The notes beneath the pieces were generated by a model. That model was not told the DNA's origin. It was given only the letters and a program-made list of their open reading frames with translations, and did not search any database. Positions 50,700 to 64,000 of a stretch of DNA of 64,000 nucleotides are shown piece by piece; the stretch's first letter is position 1; each line of letters opens with the position of its first letter. Source of the stretch: Eledone cirrhosa (Eukaryota). The position numbers and the translations under genes were made by a program. Where the stretch lies: positions 224,936,001 through 225,000,000 of the forward strand of contig OZ024740.1 in the NCBI GenBank assembly GCA_964016885.1. Reading direction: 5' to 3'.

Positions 50700-51340
50700 G
50701 AGTAAAGTGCCAGCCAGACAGAGGGTGACTTGGTGGTAGAGGCAGCCATTAAAGCCTATACATGGGCATGGAAAGATTGGATAACTGGGATAGCAGAGAC
50801 TGCTACTAAGAAAGAAGCTAGGCGACAGGTACACACAGCTTTAAGAGAGGCTGAAAAATGTAAATTTGCTAATGTCTCAAGATGTGAGGATCAGAGGCAT
50901 AAAGTGTTCTGTATTGTAAGGCAAGGTGTTAGTGTAAATCAAGATGTTGTTTCGTAATAAGGTGTTAGAGATGATGCTGCTGCACTTAGAACCACTGATG
51001 CCCAAAGGAAAGAGGCCAGGAAATGTTACTATAAGAGATTGATGAATGTAGAGAATGAATGGAAGGAAGAAAAACTACCCCCAACTTACCCAAAGAAAGG
51101 ACCAGCTATTATAGTTGATAGTTTTAGAGTCAAAGCTGCAATCAAGGAGATGAAGAATGCTAATGCTGCAGAACCATCAGAAATAGTTGCTGAGATGCTG
51201 TAAGCATCGGGGGAGGGAGGAGTCAAAATAGTAACCCATGTAGAAAATCAAGTAATACATGATGGGGCCATATGCAATGACCGGTGCAGAAGTACAATCA
51301 TAAATTTCTACAAGGGCAAAATAGTGCTGTTGGACTGTAT
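50700..51340 (+). pseudogene. RTE-clade LINE ORF2 fragment
   Basis: KKEARRQV, KAAIKEMKN..A..PSEIVAEML and IINFYKGK (RT-proximal motifs). Other probable RTE scraps lie near 25520, 48250, 55650 and 63140. Confidence 0.7.
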
Positions 51341-52093
51341 GACAATCTACGTCTACCACCACAGGAAACACTTAAGAACATCTAAATGAATTCTATATAA
51401 AGAGCTGCATGGCTCAGTAGTTAGAGCATTGAGTTTACAATGATGAGGTTGTGAGTTTGATTCCCAGAATGGGTGGTGTGTTATGTCTCTGAGCAAGGCA
51501 CTTTATTTCACGTTGCTGCAGTTCACTCAGCTGTAAAAATGAGTTGTGATGTTACTTAAGCCAAGCTATAGTAGCCTTTGCCATTCTCTTGGACATCATC
51601 AGTGGCATGGAGGGAGGAGACTGGTATGCTTGGACAACGGCTGGTCTTCCAGAAAAACACCACCTTACTCAGCCTTATGCCTCAGAGGGGAACTTTCTCA
51701 GTGCGAAACTCATGGTCGTTGATGATGGAAGAAGGTAGGAGCTCTTTATAAGGAGGTGCATGTGAATTATCAGAGTTCTTAGAACTTCAGATTAAATGTA
51801 TTATGATATTTGTTCTGGCAGATAATACTCAGAGTTTAAATCCTGCCAAAATCAACTTTACCATTCATTTTGTCCCATTGGTAAATAAAGTACCAGTCCA
51901 GGGCAGTAGAGTGGTGAAATTGTAGAGATGTTTTGCTCTGAGTTTTGAATTCTAATCCTGTCTGATATCACTGGGAAAAAAGTGACATGCTAGGACTGGA
52001 ATCTCTGCCATTAAAACATTTAATACATCTCTTATAATACATCCTTATAGAAGGCCAGCTAAATCATGTATGCGTTGTAACAACATCACGCTT

Positions 52094-52171
52094 CTTGCTT
52101 CTAACTACACCCAAAACTGAATTTAACATAACTTGCTTCTAACTACACCCAAAACTGAATTTAACATAACT
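52094..52171. repeat. Perfect short tandem duplication
   Basis: cttgcttctaactacacccaaaactgaatttaacataa occurs twice. Confidence 0.9.
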
Positions 52172-54479
52172 AATTCAAAATGTTATGTCAGGTCAGGCTT
52201 CTTCCAGCTACTGGTAAAATAACCAGCTCCCCCACCAGAGGCTTCTGGGGTTAGGAGGATGATCTTCTCAGAGTAAACAACCATCCATCTCATCTATGGG
52301 TTAAAATGTCTCACCAACCTGCAATTAATTAGCCAAGTATGATTAGTATGGTTACCAAAGAAGAGTTCCTCCAACAGGATTAAAGGGCTCTGTATTGGAT
52401 TGGAATTCAAAATGTTCTCTTTAATAGATATATGATATATAATTATTTTAGAAGTAAGCTATAATTATATTTTGTATAAAAATAATTGTCTATTATCTTT
52501 ACGGTGTGTTACATACTATCATCAGCATTTTTACGTTTGTTTAAACTGACATTTTGGTGCAGTGTTTCCATGGTAAGATGCCCTTTCTGGTGACCTTATT
52601 TATATGTATGGTTTATAGCACTCACCTTTGCCAAGACTCTTCACCTCATTACATGGAGGAAGAAAGGTTTATTCTTATGTTCATAAAATGGAGTTCTTGC
52701 TAGAAAATGAAACACACCCTTCAACAGGAATGTAGTATGCCAAATGCATAACAATTTGCTTCACATTCATGAGTTTCAGAGTTAGATCCCACTGTGTGGA
52801 ATCTTGAAAACATGTCTTTTACCATAGCTTCAAGTCAATCAAAGCCTTTTGAGTAGAGTTGCATAAAATCATCAGAGACCTGATGTAATTCAAAAGGCCA
52901 GCTGTGTTACATGCTGAATTTCACTAAGAATTATATCAAAGTTACATATTTATGTGGAAAGCTGAACCAATTGTTCGTTAATTTCATAAGCAGCCTGTTC
53001 TGTTGATAAAACAATTGGACCACTCATTGAAACTGATGGATACCCCTTTACTTTACTTATGCTAAAAGGTTATGATAATGACTTACTATATAGAAATCAT
53101 TCTTTGCAAGAGAAATGATATTCCCTTTATGGCATTTATGATTTATGTTTAATGGAATGGCTTCAAAATAAAATTGTAATTAGGTTAGGAAATTGGGTTG
53201 CCATAATCCAACATACTACAATAAACATAAAATTAAAATTGTGTGTGTAATGGGTTATTTTTTGAGGAGGAGAATACAATATGCTGTTGCTTTTCTTCAT
53301 AGTAAGTACTACGTTTTTTGCATAACTGCTCCAGAGTCATAAGTTCATCATTAGCAACAGGCAGTATTTAGTGTCCATAGACAGCTCATATTATTAGATT
53401 GTTACTTGTTTTTTCACATAAAATTACTGAGCCAGAAAACTGGTTCCAGTGCTATTTCATAAATTACTGTGTATAACTCCCAAGAAAGATTCCCACTATT
53501 TAAAAGAAAAATATGTGAATAAAAATGGCAAATAAATACTCACTTCAAAAGCTTTGGAGACTAACTGAATTTTTGAACTCATCTAATAAGTTACCAGAGA
53601 GGAAAATGGATTTTGAAAGGAATTCTCTAAATGAACAGTTTACATGAAAAAGACAGGAACATTTGTGAGCCAATTCCATTGTGAAACTAACTGTGAAAAT
53701 CAGGAATAAATGGGTAGTAATAATTACTTTGAAATGCACAAAGGCCACCATTCCAACAGAAGCCTGTCAAAGAGATGTGCAAGGCATTCGGTATATATGT
53801 CTTTATTGGCTAAATTAGCTTAACCTCTGATGCTCAACACATTAGGTGTACAGGAACTATTAAAAATGCAGAAGTTATTGTATTCAAGACAGGAAATCTT
53901 TGTGAATCAAAACTAATAGAGATAATTATGAAAGCAACAAGAGCTTTAGTCATGAATGTGTTAGATTTAGTGGAGACTAGGCAGTCTGGTTTAATGTTTA
54001 ATGGTGATTTCACCAGTTATATTAGAAGCATATGACTGAGTATACTATGAAACAGCTACTTAAGAAATATATATTATGTAATAATTAATAACATCTTGCA
54101 TTGCCAATTTAGTAGAAACATTCAATATAGTTGCTTGTGATATGCAACTGACAGCATATAATCTACCTATAAATGAAACATTCTTACAGGGTTTTGAATT
54201 ATGTGAATATGACAATGAAAATGGAGGTTGTTAAAGTAGTATAAATATATCTTATAATAACTATGAAAGAATCTGGAAATATAAATGAATGTATTTGCAG
54301 GTATTTCATCTATATATATTATATAAGAGTTAATATATTTCTAATTTTACATGATAATATAGATTTGTAATATGAATAGATTGCAGGTAAATAGTTGATT
54401 TGAATTAATAGTGAACAATATATGTGCTAAGCATTTGATCCAATCTAAGAGACTCAGAATTAAGATAAAATAATATTAA

Positions 54480-54672
54480 CCCTTTAATATTGGACCAGAA
54501 TTCTCTCACCTCTTTCTCTTCAAACTGGCTGTAATTGGCCACTCATACTAATGTTAAGATATTGTTTCCAAAATAAATAATAGCAAAATCTCATAGATTC
54601 AATATTATGTGAGGTAAAGTGTTTACCACGAAAATACAATAGTAAATATAGAGTAATGTAAATGCTAAAGGG
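54480..54672. mobile_element. piggyBac-type MITE
   Basis: TTAA|CCCTTTA ... TAAAGGG|TTAA. Similar ends occur near 12518 and 27570. Confidence 0.6.
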
Positions 54673-56420
54673 TTAAGGATTTTTTTAGTATTTGTTCATC
54701 ATCAACATTGTTTGACTGTAGTAGCAAGTAGCCACATCTTCCACTTACTACAGCTTTCATAACCATTTGGGGTCCAGGGGTCAGGTGATTAGATCTGATC
54801 ATTAGTGGCACACAACCAAAACAATTCTGCCCTTCCATTGCTTGTGAAATGATACATACTTTTATCAACCCTAAAATTATGAAATATAAAGTTTACCTTG
54901 ACTCAGAGTGCTGAGTGTCAAGGCATTTGATCCAACCATTTAGCAACTCTGCCAGATCACTGCCACTATCAAATCAGGGAGAGAAGATGGTGGCAGTGAT
55001 AGTGATGCTGCTGATGATAAGCATAAGGATGATGATGGTAGTAGTGATGATTGTGGCAATGGTGGCGGTGGCATTAATGGTGGTAGTGGCAATTGTGATG
55101 TTGATAATGATAATGATGATGGTTGTGGTGCTGGTTGTGAAGGTTGTGGTGGTGATGAAGATGATGAGAAGATTTGAGTTAGACCTGTGATGCATTTCAC
55201 ATGAAACATATCAGTGTTCAATAGAAGTCATGAGATGTAAGATTATTTGGTAGGAGACAAAAAAAACATAAGAATACAAATAGGTAAAATCAGTGATAAA
55301 AGTAACACTGCATCTGTAAGATAGTGGATTAGATTACATTTGTGTGGTCGAATGCTATTTAAATTAACATCTCCATTGAAAGAAATTGTCTCATCGTAGC
55401 TTTTTGTTCAATATGAAGTAGAAAATGCGATGATGTGCTTGAATAGTTAAGAATTGAATATATTTGATCTTACAAAAAGTAGCTTCAAGTTGTTCAACTA
55501 TAATGAAAAATAAATAAAATAAGAAAAAGAAAGCTGACAAGAATTCTATGAAATTTGGTTTCAGAACAATTCAGAGTTGTAGCAGTAAGGAAAAACTTGC
55601 AAATGCTAAATATTGGTAAATACAACAATATATTATATGTATTATATGTATGAAGAAAGACCTGGGGGAGGTTGTGTCAGCTGACCTCAAATCACTGAGA
55701 CTCACAGAGGCGATGTCAAAGGATCACAACGTGTGGAGAGATGCTGCGCTGAGAAAGACCTGTCAAACCCATGCAATCATGGAAAGTGGACATAAAAACG
55801 ATGATGAGAAATATGATGATGTAGCAAATAACATGATAGAATGATGTGTGGATAACAAAAGAGAAGTAAAAAAAAATGTAAAGAGTAATTGAATAAATGC
55901 TATATGTTAGTAAAATGGATAAAAGGTAGGGGTGAGATTGTAAGAAATTTTGTGCTTGGTGACCTTACATTTGATATGAAATTTCACAGATTGTATATAA
56001 ATATTTCTTAGTTGATCTTCATTGCCGAGTGATTTGGTCTGAGATAAAGCTATCATCACTACCACCACAACCAACCACTAACCACCACCACCACTACCAG
56101 CATCAACACCACCATAATCATCATTATTTTACATCTACTATCTATGCTGGCATGTGTTAAATAGGTCATTATGGTTCAAGTCTGTTCTTATTCCGAGTTA
56201 CTACACATCAACATAGGTAGGTAGAACATATGTTATTTGTACGTTCTAAATTTTGGCATGGTTTCTGTAGCTGGATGCTCTTCATAACCCCAACCACTTT
56301 ACACTCTGAAAGTTAAAACAATTGCATCATGGCTGTGTCATACTAGTCCTTTCAAACTCACATATGTGTTTACTTTTTAAGTGTCAGAAAAAATGCCTTG
56401 CATTATCTAGTTATGAGAGG

Positions 56421-57135
56421 ATGGTGGATTGGCAGTATTGGTAGAGCTTTGGTCAACATGCTTTGCAGCATAGAGTTATATCCCTTTACATTCTAAGTTA
56501 AATCCTACTGAGGTTATCTTTGTCTTTCAACTTTACAGGGTCGAAAAATAAAGTACCAGTAACGCACTGATTTTGAGTTAATCGACTTTTCCCTCCCCCT
56601 ATATTGTTGACTTTGTGCCTATATCAGAGACCATTATTTAGTTATGGCGGTGGATTGGCAGTATCGGTAAGGGTCGGACGCCATGCTTTGACGTATAGAG
56701 TTACGGCCCTTGCCATTCTGAGTTTGAATCCCACTGAGGTTAACTTTGCCTTTCATCCTTACGGGGTCGATAAAATAAAGTACCAGTAATGCACTCGGTA
56801 ATTGCTGGCCTTGTGCCAAACGTAGAAACAATTATTTAGTTATGAGACTTTATATTCACAAATCAAATTTTTCTGAGGTCAACTTTACTTTTCACACTTC
56901 TTGGGTTAATAAAATAAAGTATTAGTTTATGTCATTAAGATCGATCACTGACCTCTCCTCTCATCAAAATGTTGGCCTGATGCCTAGAGGGTCACATAGA
57001 GTTATGGCCCTTGCCATTCTGAGTTCAAATCCCTGCCGAAGTTAACTTTGCCTTTCATCCTTACGGGGTCGATAATATAAAGTACCAGTAATGCACTGGG
57101 TAATTGCTGGCCTTGTGCCAAAAGTAGAAACAATT
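56421..57135 (+). mobile_element. Cluster of 3-4 head-to-tail SINE copies (Nin/Deu-like family)
   Basis: Copies start near 56421, 56646, ~56850 (decayed) and 56994 (5'-truncated). Confidence 0.78.
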
Positions 57136-58500
57136 ATGTCATAGAGCAGGCATGGACAACCTTTATGAGTAATGGTGGATTATCATAAGACATGGCTATA
57201 CTAGTTAGAAATTCCAAGCAATTTTGAAATTAGGCATGTCATTCAGAAAGCCAAACGGGTCACAGTTTATCCAGGACTGATATAGATATAAGTATCAAAG
57301 CATATTTTTTAGACATCCATGATCCAGTCACTGTTAACATCCTTTACTGTACCTGTTGTACTATAAATATAAAGTACAATGAAAAATGTTATTATAAAGG
57401 GAAGGATAGTCTAAACACAGTGTTACAAATATATATATACATTTTACACAAACCTCACACACTTATAAATAATTGTTCTATTACAAGGGTTGTAGTAATT
57501 AAAGATAATCAGATTTCATCATTCCTAGCATCAGAAATTCATTGCCTTATGGATTAAGTTTAACCTTTTACTAAAAACACATCCTCAAGTACAAACTCTG
57601 TGACACTAAAAATAAATGTGGTGACAGACAAGTGGCTACAGAATCTAGTAATCAAAATTGGAGATGATAATGATGATGATGATGATGATGATGGTGGTGG
57701 TGAGGGTTGTAGTGTTGATGATGATGAATTTCTGCAAGTACTTAAGAGTTTAAGCAATAAATAGCAATAAAATACAGATATATAACCTTGGATAGGGCCT
57801 TTGGTTTCGTAGAAATATAAGATTATAGGACTCAGACGTTTAGAGTATCCCACCTCAGTTTATTTTCATTTTCATTAAAATAAATCCTAATATTTCTTTT
57901 GGATCGATTCATTTCTTTAACCTACATTTTACTAAATTGCAATCATCAAAAAAATATATCACTTAACTCTTTTGTTCTCATATTTCTCATGAAATATGCT
58001 GATAATTTAACAAAATTTCTTAGATATGCACTTTAAGGGTGGAGGTTTTATATCACAAATTAAGGTCAGTTTCAGGCCTGTTGGTAATAAAAGCATTAAC
58101 TCTACTCTGCATATATATGTCCTCTTACCGAAGATATATGATAAGAAATACATCCAATTAGTGATGTTAATCCAATTCTGCTAATCATTTATCTACTAGC
58201 CTTTGTAATTTAATGATGCTACAACTTTTATGGTTAAACCTTCCTTCTCTTTTAAGTAGCCTTGAAGTAGTAATATAACATTTTTCTGTACAACCAGAAG
58301 CTCTGCTAATGAATATGTATATCGATAATGAATTAGTTAACAGCTATTTAAATAGAACTTGCATGTTAATTTCACAAGCAAGCTATTCATTTGATTGATC
58401 AACTGTAACATGCATCGTCGAAACTGACTGAGATTCTTTCCATTTGAAGAAACTTACATGTGTTTGTTATAAATTCAAACATTTAATTTACATTATAACA

Positions 58501-58860
58501 ACGTGAGTCTTGCCTTTTAATGTGAAGCATGGTTTTGAAATGTTTGCTCATCATTTTAAACATATTTGAAAGTTTATTGATGGAGGTATATCTATTGCTT
58601 TGAGCATGTTACATAAACACGTAAATGATTCCTTGCTAGCCCAAGATAATGATGATGGAATAAATGGCAGTTGTAATGTTTGGGATGAGGAAAAGATCGA
58701 TCATAGATTTGTTGATAAGAGTAATGAGGATTTTCAATTCCTTTGCTCTCTGTTTTTCTTTTCTTCTTTTTGGCTACTCTTACATTTGCTTGTCAATTTT
58801 AGCATGAATTGAATAATTTGAGAAATGCAGGTGTTTACATGAAAATACTTCATAGTTGGA
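58501..58860 (-). pseudogene. Probable class A peptide-GPCR fragment (TM5-ICL3-TM6-TM7-H8) with two stops
   Basis: Hand translation gives ...KEEKKNREQRN*KSSLLLSTNL*SIFSSSQTLQLPF...LCNMLKAIDIPPSINFQICFKMMSKHFK, resembling the N.L....S.NF.IY..MS..FR TM7/H8 pattern. Confidence 0.45.
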
Positions 58861-61857
58861 TGACTTTCCTAACAACAACCACCACAATACTATGCAGGAG
58901 GAAATGGTACCTCTTCCTGTTAACTGGGACATGTTGAGCCTTGTCTATTGCATGGCCTTTCTGCAACATTGATTCATTATGCAGTGATGGCTTTAGATTA
59001 TAAGTAGTAAATTTGCAGAGTTGTTAGAGCATTGGGTCTTGCTGTATTTGTTTCAAATAGACCCAATGTCATTTTTGCTTTTCACCTTTTGGGGGTCAAT
59101 ATAATTCTAGAGAGGTGGATTGGTGGTATTTTTAGAGCATTGGGTGGGATGCTTTGGGTTGTCTGTTCCAACTTTATGCATTCTGTGTTCAAATGCATAA
59201 AGTTGGAACTGGTAAAAAGGTGACTATAGGATTGGGTTTCCAATCATTAAAAACAACGTTTAGATGCTCATCAGTCCAGCACTTATCTTAGCTTTATATT
59301 GATTTAAGCAACTGAGATTATATTCCTTTGGATGAAATGCCAGTCCACTGTAAAGTTACTCCAGATACAGTTAGCACATATTTTTCTTGTTGAACAGGAG
59401 CAATTTGAAATGAAGTGCCCTGCTCAAGGACTTAATGGTCACCTATCTCAGAGAACAAACTCACAACCTTAAGAACATGAGTGCAATTCCATAAACACTA
59501 AGCCACTGGCTTTTACAAAAATTAAACTAAACAATATAAATCTAAATGAAGTAATAAATAATTCCACAGTGATAAAAAATGTATTAAAACAAGTCAAATG
59601 GAGACCATCTAAATGGTCTCTCATTCTGCTAGAAATAGGAGCCAAATCTCCTTCGTATTAAATTCTACTATCTTAAAAAAATGGCCACACTACATAATGT
59701 AATATTTGATGCTCTACATTTAAAACAGAAATATAATGGTCACTTCCAGAAAGGATGGCTTTAGGTTTTAGGTCTGCTCCATCACAGCATTCCTTGGGTT
59801 AAACAATGAAATAATTAGTCAATCAGATTATTTTTTTTCCTTAGCATTTAACTCTTTTGTGATTATATTTCTAATGAGAAGATTGCTTGTGTTTTGGAGG
59901 AGATTAGCAAAGTAATTATAATTTATTATAATTTATTTTAATTTATTATATCGGTGTTGACCAACTGAAATCTCATGTTATCATTTATGTCATGCAATTT
60001 TGATAGATATAATATTAATAAACACGAACTATATCGACAATCTCAAAGGTTAGTATCAAAAGAGTTACAAATACAGTGGAAACTATATTAATTTGTTCCT
60101 GAAGGTCGTTCATCACCTGAAATGTTCCTAAGCTATTTTTCCCATACAAAATTTTGAGAGATATATAGTAAGAAAGAGACTGTGTACAAAAGTTAGATTG
60201 ATATCACCAAAGTAACTAACTACACATAAAGTGACACTTCACCACAGATACTCCTAGCTTGTCACCAACTGCTGTTGCAGCTTGCATGTTTGTTACTCAA
60301 GATGCCGTTCATTAACCAAAACATTTCATGTTCGGAAAAATTGTTCCTGAACCAATTTGTTCATGATGAGAGGTGTTTGTGAACTGAGGTTCCACTGTAC
60401 TTTGATCAGAATTGCCTTAACCTATTTGTTACCTGTGACTTTCAAATAATTTTGAAAATAATAGAGAATTTGGATTGATTTAGTAATACCTAACTTTCTC
60501 ATTATCCTTTAATGGAAAAACAACTTAATAAGATAAGAAAATAGATTGAGAAGAAAGAATGGAATGTAAAATAAGAAAATATTAAACAAATAACTGAAAG
60601 GGAAGGGAATGGCAAGGGCTCTAGTATTGCAGAAGAATAGGGAGGGTGATTGGGCTCTGGGCCTAGGCACGGCAGTAATGAGGCTGTGCCGCACGGACAA
60701 GACCACAAAAGCATTCCTGCAACAGCCACCCCACTTGATGAGGCTTCTTACTCAGATGGGCCACCAACATTCCGATCTTGTAGAGGAGCTCGGCAGTATG
60801 GGGTCTCGATGGTGACCAGTACAAAGAGTAAACAGCCGGACAATCCCCAGTATTTGTTTATCTTCCTTTCCTCTGCATGGCAGAGAATGTGTTGCAAAAT
60901 GTGGCATCCCAGATGAGGGATCTACCTCCTTTGAATGGGAAGAAAGTGATTCCATCATAGCACTTGTCATCGCTGTGGTCAAGGCTTGCTGGCTCCAGTT
61001 GTGTTGGGAAGCCAGCTTATTATTAAGCTGAGGTTTGGAGCAGTACTTAACAAATCTTCATACAGAAAATTGTGACAGAAGGTTTTTAAAAGAATGTAAA
61101 CAAAGACAACCAGCAGAGTTTGTAGAGCATCATGTTAAATATTTAGGCATTTATTCCAGCTCTCTTCTCTCTGAGTTTAAAGCTTTTCTTCTGTTTGGGG
61201 TTGATCAATAAATACCCTTTTAAGGACAGTCGATTAGCAGAATTGGTAAAGAATAAGATGAGATGCTTTGCAGTATCTGATCCTGCTATGTGCAGTCTGA
61301 GTTTAGATCTCATCTCCTTTTGCCAGGAATTGAACCAGTAGATAGTATCAGTAATGCAGAAATTAAGGGAAACATTGTTTCTTTGTTCTGGTCTCACGAT
61401 TGGTTCATTTTCCTCCAAAAATCAATAGCTTAGTATCATAGGACCAGAGGCACTTTCAGGAGAGTTAGCATCAAACGGGTTAAGCATATTGATACATTTG
61501 CTAACTGTGTGTATCATTGCTAAGTCATAAAACACCATACAATGACAAAGCAAACAATCAAACAAACATTTATAAATCATTCTGTGAAATTATGAGGCTT
61601 TTGTTTTGCAATCTCAATTTTCAAAAGTGTTTAACTGTGATGCCATTATTAGAACTGTGCCAACCAATAACATTACATCTTCATTGTGTTGTCAAAACAT
61701 TGTTCAAACATATAATTAACATCTCCAAAGTAGAGGAATTTTCCTTGAAGTAGAAGAAACTAATTTTCAATAATGAGAAGCTACGTAAAATAGGGCGATG
61801 GTTCAAAGTCTTATATATTGTGGATTTCTTTTCTAAATGTTATTACAGATTTGATAT

Positions 61858-61963
61858 TGTATGTATGTATATATGTATGTATATATATATATGAATATGT
61901 ATATGTATGAATATATATGTATATATATGTTTAGATATGTATGTATATGTATGTATGTATATG

Positions 61964-62014
<51 letters not shown>

Positions 62015-62039
62015 GTATATATATGTATATGTATGTATG

Positions 62040-62122
<83 letters not shown>
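61858..62122. repeat. (TA)n/(TATG)n microsatellite
   Basis: Read directly from the sequence. It is the source of several spurious ORFs. Confidence 0.95.
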
Positions 62123-64000
62123 CAAAATGAATTTATATTAATATAGAAATATTGACTCACTACACCAGAACCTCTCGATGTAAATAGTTTGGTGTGAAAA
62201 TACCAAAAACAGAGCGCACTACTAACAGATAAAGTTATGGATACAATATTTCTAATACCTTCCAAATAAATACGATAGAAACAAACAGATCATTAATAAT
62301 ATTACTTACATTATATTAACAATATATAGTTCTAATACAGCCTTAGATAACATTGTTTGAGGTCTTGAGAAAACAATAATTGCCATAATTATATGGATAA
62401 TTAGTAATGTAAAGAAGTTGACTCTCATTAGTGTGTCATCTTATTAATTAGACAATATATTAACTGTCCATAATTCTGTTTGATTTGAGACAAAATCTCA
62501 CATATGTGTAGGCAATTGCAGAAATAAATGAGAAGGTCATGGAAGAAGGCTAAATATAATGCACTCTGAAGCTGAAAGGAACTTTACCAATATATAAATA
62601 TATATATATATATAATAAGGAGTATTGTTACTTTGGAGTTTCACGTTTTTATCACAGGGTCATTATATATATATATATATATATATCATAATGTTATCCT
62701 TACTTGCCATGAGAAGAAGTCATCATGCTCTGAGTAATTTGTTTCATTTTTGATTTGGAGTTAGCACCTGTCTACGTAGTCAAAGGACCATTCACACTCA
62801 TACATTTCTTTTGTGGCAATGTTTTTTAATTCCGATGAATTTACAGAATACACAAGGTGTATTGTATCATGATCTTCTCAAACCTATATTATTTCTCTGC
62901 CTTTGCCAATAAATTTACTGCATTAATAAGTTTGCCTATTATCTTGCAAGATTAAAGCATATTCACTACTCTACCTTGCCTCCCCTTATTCAAGGCAACA
63001 TGACGATGAGGGCAAATAGAATATAGAGCAACGACTTAGAACAGAATTAGGGTGAGAGATTTATGAGGTTAAATATATAATTGAATGAACAGTGTGATTG
63101 AGATGAATGTTAGCAGAAGGGAAGAAATATGTGAAAGACAGTGATAGACATAATAATCAAAATGAAAGAGTAATAGCAAGGAATAATGAGTTAAGGGATC
63201 AAGAGTATGATGAGTGAAACAATACAGAGGGTGGAAGAAACGGAAGAGAGACATGAAATGAAGTATCCAGCCATTTGAACACAAGTTCTTCAGAAGGTTG
63301 CTATACATCCCATACACAGAGCACAAAACAAACAGCTTTGTCAGACAGCAAGTTAACAAATATTTTGGCAGACAGGAATCACTCCATGCAATGGTGGAAA
63401 GATGGAAATTCTTGTTCAAAACCATCCTTCAGAACACAGATGAGAGAAGAGGAAAAAGAAGCTGACAAAAAAGTCCTGGTCCATAAACTCAGCAACACCA
63501 AGACCCTTCTATGCATGACAAAGAATAGAGATCAATGATTATGACTGACTGTAAAAGTGTCTAGTGTAACACCCCAATGACTGGTTGCATAGTGATGGGA
63601 ATGTGACAATGAAAAGTGAATAATGGGTAGTAAGATTTTAGCAAAGGTGAGAGTGAATGATGGATGCTTCAATAAGTGGTCTGGAGAGGTATCATTGGAA
63701 AGAGAGAGATAACGTTGATGGCAGGGCAAGATTGAATACAGGTAGGTCTAATGACATATCTCATTAGAGAGGCAATATGGTGTAATGAATGGGAAAGGCA
63801 TGAGTGTCAGAGATATAAGAGGTTCAGACAGATCCAATGACATGCCTGCTTGTGTATGCAACTTGGTGCTGTAAATGGGAGAGAGAGTGAATGAGAAAGA
63901 AATGAGAGAGTATCATTTTATATCCAGTTTATCTTTTAACCTGACTGTGTTTTCATTACACATGACCAGTTACCATGTGTATTGGGTTTAGAATAGGTAC

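Noticed and set aside
53544-53690. Possible minus-strand exon (ttttcacag acceptor, gtgagt donor)
   Set aside because: All three frames contain stops and no neighbouring exons were found.
61143-61418. 91-aa minus-strand ORF of ordinary composition
   Set aside because: No recognisable motif or convincing splice context, so it cannot be supported without a search.

Overview
AT-rich eukaryotic DNA dominated by repeats. The microsatellite and SINE spectrum suggests a cephalopod (Octopus-like) genome, but that is inference. I found no intact host gene. The window holds two Penelope-like retroelements (RT plus GIY-YIG, Naiad-type signatures), both 5'-truncated and capped by an inverted copy of their own 3' end. 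It also holds a near full-length decayed Ty3/Gypsy LTR element (CsRn1-like), relics of R4/R2-type, RTE and CR1-like LINEs, DD37D and hAT transposon relics, MITEs, many SINEs and a probable GPCR pseudogene fragment. The main signal missing from the ORF track is a dense set of type I hammerhead ribozyme (HHR) motifs. I count about 16 intact, partial or decayed copies from several unrelated families, most of them beside (TA)n tracts. They include a U3-A8 core variant with an extended stem II, a 395-bp fold-back carrying two divergent HHRs, and a 228-nt retrozyme-like unit. A GTATTGAGTA motif lies exactly 40 nt after the predicted cleavage site in both an autonomous and a non-autonomous element. 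All RNA structures were derived by eye and none were computationally folded.
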